A stretch of 64,000 bases of DNA from an uncultured Verrucomicrobiae bacterium (GTDB lineage: Bacteria; Verrucomicrobiota; Verrucomicrobiia; Chthoniobacterales; Chthoniobacteraceae), in the NCBI GenBank assembly GCA_963836755.1, contig CAWIKF010000001.1, positions 576,001 through 640,000 on the forward strand, read 5' to 3'. Position 1 is the first letter of the stretch, and each line of letters opens with the position of its first letter. The position numbers and the translations under genes were made by a program. Shown here piece by piece: positions 58,406-64,000 of this stretch. The notes below the pieces were generated by a model, which was not told the origin of the DNA, made no database searches, and saw only the letters and a list, made by a program, of their open reading frames with translations.

Positions 58406-59131
58406 GTGAACTCTCAACCCTTCCTGCTCATCGACATCAGCAATTCGTTCACGAAATTCGCGCTGAGCAGCCGCGAGCAGCTCGGGACGGTGCGGCGCAC
58501 GCCGACCGCGGGGCTGACGGCATCAATGTTTGCGAGGCATCGCGGGAGCCGCGTGGTGCTCGCATCGGTGGTGCCGGAAAAGACGCGGCTTGTGTGCAAC
58601 GCGTTCACCGAAGTTTTACAAGTGAGTGCAAAAGTAAACCTCGGTGTCGGCATTGATTACCCGCGTCCGGCGACGATCGGCGCCGACCGGCTGGCAAACG
58701 CGGCGAGCGCGGCGGAGCTTTACGGCGTGCCGGTCGTGGTGGTCGATTTCGGAACGGCGGTGACTTTCGATATCATCTCGCCCGCGCGAAAATACGTGGG
58801 CGGCGTGATTGCGCCGGGGCTTGGGGCGATGACCGATTATCTTTACCAGCGGACGGCGCTGCTGCCGAAAATCTCGCCAGTGGAGCCGGCGCGGGCGATC
58901 GGAAAATCGACGCGCGCGGCGATGATGTCCGGCGCGGTTTTTGGCTATCGCGGACTGGTGAAACAGATTTTGACGGAGATCAAACAAGAGCTGAGCGTGC
59001 GGAAAATTCGCGTGGTCGCGACCGGCGGCTACGCGGAGCTGATCGCCAAAAAGTTGCCGGAGATCGATGCAGTGCATCCGCACCTGACGCTGGAAGGTTT
59101 GCGGATCATCGGCGCGCTGAACGCGGTCTGA
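58406..59131 (+). CDS. coaX: Type III pantothenate kinase
   Basis: IDISNSFTK, GADR, VDFGTAVTFD, GGVIAPG, ATGG, LTLEGL. Confidence 0.9.
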   Translation: MNSQPFLLIDISNSFTKFALSSREQLGTVRRTPTAGLTASMFARHRGSRVVLASVVPEKTRLVCNAFTEVLQVSAKVNLGVGIDYPRPATIGADRLANAASAAELYGVPVVVVDFGTAVTFDIISPARKYVGGVIAPGLGAMTDYLYQRTALLPKISPVEPARAIGKSTRAAMMSGAVFGYRGLVKQILTEIKQELSVRKIRVVATGGYAELIAKKLPEIDAVHPHLTLEGLRIIGALNAV

Positions 59132-59145
59132 TTTGCGCGAGCGCG

Positions 59146-60150
59146 CTACGTTTCCACCACGTCGCCAAGCTCCATGCCGAGATGCCGCGCGAGGCGGATC
59201 ATGTCGTTCGGCAGCGACTTTTTCATGCTGCAGACTTTTTCGAGGTCGACCAAAGTCAGCCGCCCTTTGTTGAGCGCGACCATGGAGCCGCGCTCGCCGC
59301 TGAGGAGCGAAATGACGGCGAGTTCGCCCATGCGGCTCGCGAGCAACCGGTCGAAATGTGAGGGCCGTCCGCCCCGCTGGACGTGGCCGAGCACGGTCTT
59401 GCGCACCTCCTGCTTCAGCGGCGTGTCGCCCTGCGCCTGCTGCATATGTTTTACAAAGGTTTCCGCATCGCAAACACCTTCGGCGAGGATGATGATCGAG
59501 TCGTCGAGCCGGTTGCGGTAGCGGTTCGAGAGCATGTCGAGGATGCGCGGCATGTTGTAGCGATATTCGGGAATCACGGCGACCTCCGCACCGGTGCTGA
59601 TTGCGGTGGAGAGCGCGAGATAGCCGGAGTTGCGCCCCATTACCTCGATCAAAAAACAGCGCCGATGCGAGCGCGCTGTGTCTTTGATTTTGTCGATCAA
59701 TTCCACAATCGTGTTCGATGCCGTGTCGACGCCGACTCCGATGTCCGTGCCGTAAATGTCGTTATCGATCGTGCCGGGAATGCCGATGACCGGCAGCCCG
59801 AGCTTGTTTAATTCCAATGCGCCGCACAGCGAGCCGTCGCCACCGATGACGATGAGCCCGCTGATTTGCTGATCGCCGAGCCGGCGAACTGCCTCGGAGC
59901 GCCCTTCGCTGGTGTAAAACATTTTGCAACGGCTCGTTTGCAGCACCGTGCCGCCGCGATCGAGCACGCCGCTGAGCGAGCGCGTGGTCAGCTCCACGAG
60001 GTCGTCCTCGTAAATGCCCTGGTAGCCGTTGGAAATTCCGAATACCCGCACCCCCTGCCGAATCGCGGTTTTCGCCACGGCGCGAATGGCGGGATTCATC
60101 CCCGGCGAGTCGCCGCCGGACGTGAGGACAGCGATGGTTTTAGCGGCCAT
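59146..60150 (-). CDS. pfkA: ATP-dependent 6-phosphofructokinase
   Basis: TSGGDSPGMN, GGDGS, PGTIDND, EVMGR, LGHVQRGG. Confidence 0.93.
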   Translation of the reverse strand: MAAKTIAVLTSGGDSPGMNPAIRAVAKTAIRQGVRVFGISNGYQGIYEDDLVELTTRSLSGVLDRGGTVLQTSRCKMFYTSEGRSEAVRRLGDQQISGLIVIGGDGSLCGALELNKLGLPVIGIPGTIDNDIYGTDIGVGVDTASNTIVELIDKIKDTARSHRRCFLIEVMGRNSGYLALSTAISTGAEVAVIPEYRYNMPRILDMLSNRYRNRLDDSIIILAEGVCDAETFVKHMQQAQGDTPLKQEVRKTVLGHVQRGGRPSHFDRLLASRMGELAVISLLSGERGSMVALNKGRLTLVDLEKVCSMKKSLPNDMIRLARHLGMELGDVVET

Positions 60151-60352
60151 TAAAATTTTTTGAAAAAAGCTGACGGATTTGAACGGCGGCCGCGCGACTG
60201 TGTCAAAGCTAATGTTAGGGGAATTGGTTGGGGTGGCGCGTGTTTAGGTTTTCAAACTCCTTGGTTGGCGCGCGCCACCCTTTTTTCTTGGGAAAGAGCC
60301 GCACGATTTCGTTGCCGAAAGTTTTCCGTTGCCTGATGCTTCCGCACGGAAA

Positions 60353-61696
60353 ATGTCCGCACGCGATTCTTTCTTCGGCATCCGCGCCCAACTCATCGAC
60401 ACGCCCGAGCACGGCCAGCTCCGCTCGTGGAGCGACGGTGCGCTCATCATCGAAGACGGCTTGATCGCGGAGATCGGCGACTACGATGAGTTAAACAAAA
60501 AGCCGCGCGCTGAGCCGGTTCGCTGGCTGCATTCGAGCCGCGCCGTCGCCGTCCCGGGACTCATCGACCTGCACACGCACCTGCCGCAATATCCTGCCGT
60601 CGCCCGAGGCGAAAGCGCGCTGCTGCCGTGGCTGACGCAGCATATTTTTCCGCGCGAGCGCGAGTTCATTGGCGCAAAAGCGCGCAGGGAATGCGCCGAC
60701 TTTTTTGCCGAACTCGCACGGCACGGCACGACGACGGCGATGATTTACACAGCGATTTTTGAGGAAAGTTGCGACGCCGCATTCGAGGCGGCGCAAGCGG
60801 CGGGCGTGCGCGCGATCATCGGCAAAATGATGATGGATGTCGGAAGTTACGGCGACCTTCCGGTTGAAAAAGTCCTCGAGACATCGCTCACGCAAAGCGA
60901 ACGCCTTTGCAAAAAATGGCACGGAGCGAATGACGGAATGCTCGGCTACGCATTTAGCCCGCGCTTCGCGATCAGTTGCAGCCGCGAGCTGATGACGGCG
61001 GCCGCGGAGCTCGCGAACCGGCATGGCGCCTACATTCAGACGCATCTCTCGGAAAATCTCGATGAGCTCGAGCGCGTGAAGGAACTTTTTCCATGGGCGC
61101 GCGATTACACCGATGTCTACGAGCAATGCGGATTGCTCGGCCCGCGCACGGTGCTCGGACATTGCATTCATTTAACGGAGCGCGAGCGGAATGTTTTGGC
61201 GGAAACCGGCACGATCGCGGCGCATTGCCCGACGGCAAATTTTTTCCTCGGCAGCGGCATCATGCCTCTCGACCAAATGCTCGACGCCCACATTCCCGTC
61301 GCGCTCGGGACCGATGTCGCGGCCGGCCCGGAATTGAATTTGTGGCAGGTGATGCGGTCTGCAATCGAGGCGCAGAAGGCGCGCTCATTTTATGAAAAAA
61401 ATGTGCGCGTGCCGTCGTGCGCCGACGCACTTTTTCTCACGACGCAAGGCGCGGCGAATGCGATGGGCAAAGGCGCGCAGCTCGGTTCGTTTGAAATCGG
61501 CAAGGAGGCCGACGTGACGTTGCTCGACATTGACGCGCTGCTTCCCGCGGGTCAAAAAACGAAGGCGCAGCGACACGATCTCAGCGTGGAGGATTTGCTC
61601 GCGCTCTGCATTTATCGCGGCGGTCCGCACGCGACAGTCGAGACTTTCGTGCGCGGCAGATCGGTGTATCGCGCGCCAAACCCGGAACTTTTTTGA
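60353..61696 (+). CDS. guaD: Guanine deaminase
   Basis: DLHTHLPQY, SPRFAISC, QTHLSEN, HCIHL, LGTDVAAG. Confidence 0.88.
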   Translation: MSARDSFFGIRAQLIDTPEHGQLRSWSDGALIIEDGLIAEIGDYDELNKKPRAEPVRWLHSSRAVAVPGLIDLHTHLPQYPAVARGESALLPWLTQHIFPREREFIGAKARRECADFFAELARHGTTTAMIYTAIFEESCDAAFEAAQAAGVRAIIGKMMMDVGSYGDLPVEKVLETSLTQSERLCKKWHGANDGMLGYAFSPRFAISCSRELMTAAAELANRHGAYIQTHLSENLDELERVKELFPWARDYTDVYEQCGLLGPRTVLGHCIHLTERERNVLAETGTIAAHCPTANFFLGSGIMPLDQMLDAHIPVALGTDVAAGPELNLWQVMRSAIEAQKARSFYEKNVRVPSCADALFLTTQGAANAMGKGAQLGSFEIGKEADVTLLDIDALLPAGQKTKAQRHDLSVEDLLALCIYRGGPHATVETFVRGRSVYRAPNPELF

Positions 61697-62523
61697 TGCC
61701 GCACGATCCGATCAAAATCGCGCTGGAGGAAGACATCGGCGGCGGCGATGTGACCTGTGAATTTTTCGTCGCACCCGAGCAGCGCGGTCGCGCGCGGATC
61801 ATCGCGAAAGAGGATGGCGTCGTCGCGGGAATCGAAGTGGCGGCGGAAGTTTTTCAACGAGTCGATGCAAAAACCGTCGTGCGAATTTTGAAAAAATCCG
61901 GCAGCGAAGTGCGCGTGGCCGAGGCGGTGATGGAAATCGAAGGAACGGTGCGCGCGATTTTGACGGCGGAGCGTGTGGCGCTGAACTTTTTGCAGCGACT
62001 GAGCGGCATTGCGACGCTCACGAAAAAGTTCGTCGACGCAGTCGCGGGCACACGCGTCAAAGTTCTCGACACGCGCAAGACGACGCCCGGACTGCGCGCG
62101 TTGGAAAAGGCTGCGGTGAAAGCCGGCGGCGGAACGAATCATCGGTTCGGGCTTTTCGACATGGTGATGGTGAAGGACAATCATCTCGCCGCAAAAAACG
62201 ACGCCAACTTTTTGCGCGCCTCGATCGAATCAGTGCGCCACGCGCATCCGCAAATTCGCGTCGAAATCGAGGCGGACACGCTCGCGCAGGTGCGGATGTT
62301 TTTGGAAATTGAGGGCGTCGATGTAATTTTGCTCGACAACATGTCGTTAAACGAGATGAGGCAGGCCGTTGCGATGGGAAATGGCCGCACGCAATTTGAA
62401 GCGAGCGGTGGCGTGACTCTCGCGAGCGTGCGCGCGATCGCGGAGACGGGCGTCGATTTTATTTCGATAGGCGCGCTGACGCATTCGGCGCGTGCGCTCG
62501 ATTTTTCGCTGGAGCTTTTGTGA
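61696..62523 (+). CDS. nadC: Quinolinate phosphoribosyltransferase
   Basis: DTRKTTPGLR, HRFGL, KDNH, LLDNM, EASGG, GALTHS. Confidence 0.95.
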   Translation: MPHDPIKIALEEDIGGGDVTCEFFVAPEQRGRARIIAKEDGVVAGIEVAAEVFQRVDAKTVVRILKKSGSEVRVAEAVMEIEGTVRAILTAERVALNFLQRLSGIATLTKKFVDAVAGTRVKVLDTRKTTPGLRALEKAAVKAGGGTNHRFGLFDMVMVKDNHLAAKNDANFLRASIESVRHAHPQIRVEIEADTLAQVRMFLEIEGVDVILLDNMSLNEMRQAVAMGNGRTQFEASGGVTLASVRAIAETGVDFISIGALTHSARALDFSLELL

Positions 62524-63299
62524 AGCGCCTCGATGGCGCGGAGCTGCGCGCGATGCTGTCGCGTTGCGCTTTGGCGCGTGAAATCATTTTGCTCGCGGAG
62601 ACCGGCTCGACGAACGACGAAGCGATGCGGATGGGCCGCGATGGCGCGGCGGACGGGACGGTGATTTTCGCGGAAAATCAGACGTCGGGTCGCGGAAGAT
62701 TCGGACGAAAATGGGACGCGGAGCCAGGTGCGGCACTGACTTTTTCCGTGTTGCTGCGGCCGCAAATGCCGATGCGCGATTGGCCGCGGCTGACGACCTG
62801 CGCGGCAGTGGCGGTGGCGGAGGCGATCGAGGAAATGATCGATGGTCGCGCGGCGATCAAGTGGCCGAACGATGTTTACCTCGCGGAAAAAAAAGTGGCG
62901 GGAATTTTAATCGAGAGCCACGCTGACAAATTCGCGGTGGTAGGGATCGGCGTGAATGTGAATCAAAAAACGTTCGCGGAGCCGCTGTCGGAATCTGCAA
63001 TTTCGATGCGCCAAATGGTGCGCCGTGAGCTGGATCGGGCGGAAGTGGCGGCCGCAATTTTACGCAGGCTCGACGCGCTTTTGGCGACGTTGCGCGATGA
63101 CTTTCCAAAAATCGTGGCGGCCGCGGAGGCGCGCAGTTACTTGCGTGGGCGCTGGATCGAAGCGGAGATCGCTGGTCGCAGGGAGTGCGGAATCGCCGAG
63201 ACGCTCGATGAAGATGGCGCGCTGATTTTGCGCAAAAGTGACGGCACGGCGCTCGTGCTCTCGAGCGGCGAGGTGAGCCGCGCGCGGGCCGCGTTTTAG
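62520..63299 (+). CDS. birA: Biotin-protein ligase (no N-terminal HTH)
   Basis: STND, QTSGRGR.GRKW, KWPND, KVAGILIE. Confidence 0.9.
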   Translation: MKRLDGAELRAMLSRCALAREIILLAETGSTNDEAMRMGRDGAADGTVIFAENQTSGRGRFGRKWDAEPGAALTFSVLLRPQMPMRDWPRLTTCAAVAVAEAIEEMIDGRAAIKWPNDVYLAEKKVAGILIESHADKFAVVGIGVNVNQKTFAEPLSESAISMRQMVRRELDRAEVAAAILRRLDALLATLRDDFPKIVAAAEARSYLRGRWIEAEIAGRRECGIAETLDEDGALILRKSDGTALVLSSGEVSRARAAF

Positions 63300-63349
63300 A
63301 TTCGAACTTTTTCAGCGGGACGGCGCAGCGGGCAAGCATCCTGCTATGC

Positions 63350-64000
63350 ATGCAGGACGGAGCGATGCATATAGAACAATCGGACTTTCACGAACAACTG
63401 GTGCGCGGATTGGCGCATAAGATGAACAATATCCTGAGCCTTTTTCAGGGTTATCTCGGCTTGATGCTGGAGGACAAAAACCTCGATCGCAACACGCTCG
63501 AGGGCCTTGCGCGGATTCGCAAAGGAGCGCAGGCGGCGTCCGATTTGATGGATCGCACGCGCGTCTTTGCGAAGCCGTCGTCCGCGGTCTGGCGCGAGAT
63601 GGACGTCGCGGAATTTTTCGAGATGTCAAAGCCGTCGCTCGAGACGTTGTGTGAGCGCGGCGTGAAGCTGGAAATTTCGCTCGAAGAAAATTTGCCGCGG
63701 CTCTGGGTGGACGTTTCGCGGCTGCGCATGGCGCTGATGGAAATCGTCCGAAATGCCGTCCAGGCGAGTCCAGTGGCGGCCACAGTCGTCATTCATGCGC
63801 GCACCGAAACGCGGCGGCTGAAAGTGAAAGACGAGAACGGCGCGCCGCAGCCGATCACGTGGATTGCATTGACGGTGACGGACGAGGGCGAGGGAATCGC
63901 GCCGGAGATTGCGTCAAAAATTTTCCAGCCGTTTTTTTCCACGCGCCGCAAGCAGGATGCGATGGGGCTCGGGCTGAGCGTCGCGCTCGGGCTCGTGCAA
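63350..64000 (+). CDS. Histidine kinase (HisKA plus HATPase_c, no sensor domain), truncated by window edge
   Basis: Manual translation: LVRGLAHKMNNIL H-box, EIVRNAVQA, VTDEGEGI, FQPFFST, GLGLS. Confidence 0.75.
   Translation, partial: MQDGAMHIEQSDFHEQLVRGLAHKMNNILSLFQGYLGLMLEDKNLDRNTLEGLARIRKGAQAASDLMDRTRVFAKPSSAVWREMDVAEFFEMSKPSLETLCERGVKLEISLEENLPRLWVDVSRLRMALMEIVRNAVQASPVAATVVIHARTETRRLKVKDENGAPQPITWIALTVTDEGEGIAPEIASKIFQPFFSTRRKQDAMGLGLSVALGLVQ

Overview
GC-rich bacterial chromosome segment, most likely PVC superphylum (Verrucomicrobiota, Chthoniobacterales-like): it encodes the PVC-signature small basic protein, a PEP-CTERM protein and verrucomicrobial-style REP-like palindromes. Most of it is housekeeping or envelope genes: hopanoid synthesis (hpnH, shc), Fe-S assembly (rhodanese-like, IscU-like, SufT), psd-pssA-gpgS-gpmI, leuS, tRNA-His, ubiA/ubiD-type genes, mreBCD-mrdA-rne/rng, htrA-recG-recJ, a GH63-like glucosidase with glucose dehydrogenase, leuA, GH2, hemB, coaX, pfkA, guaD-nadC-birA and a truncated histidine kinase. 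The main unexplained signal is three sequence-unrelated arrays with about 21-nt periodicity, built from conserved cores and variable segments. One is inserted in frame inside leuS (25821-25925). One (39851-40143) starts at the end of a palindromic element and precedes an orphan helical protein. One follows the leuA stop (54136-54443). Just after the orphan protein lies an AT-richer island of small same-strand ORFs with degenerate attC-like sites and no integrase in the window (CALIN-like). Two apparent +1 frameshifts (recG 3' end, glucose dehydrogenase) may be sequencing errors. All calls come from reading motifs by eye; no database searches were run.
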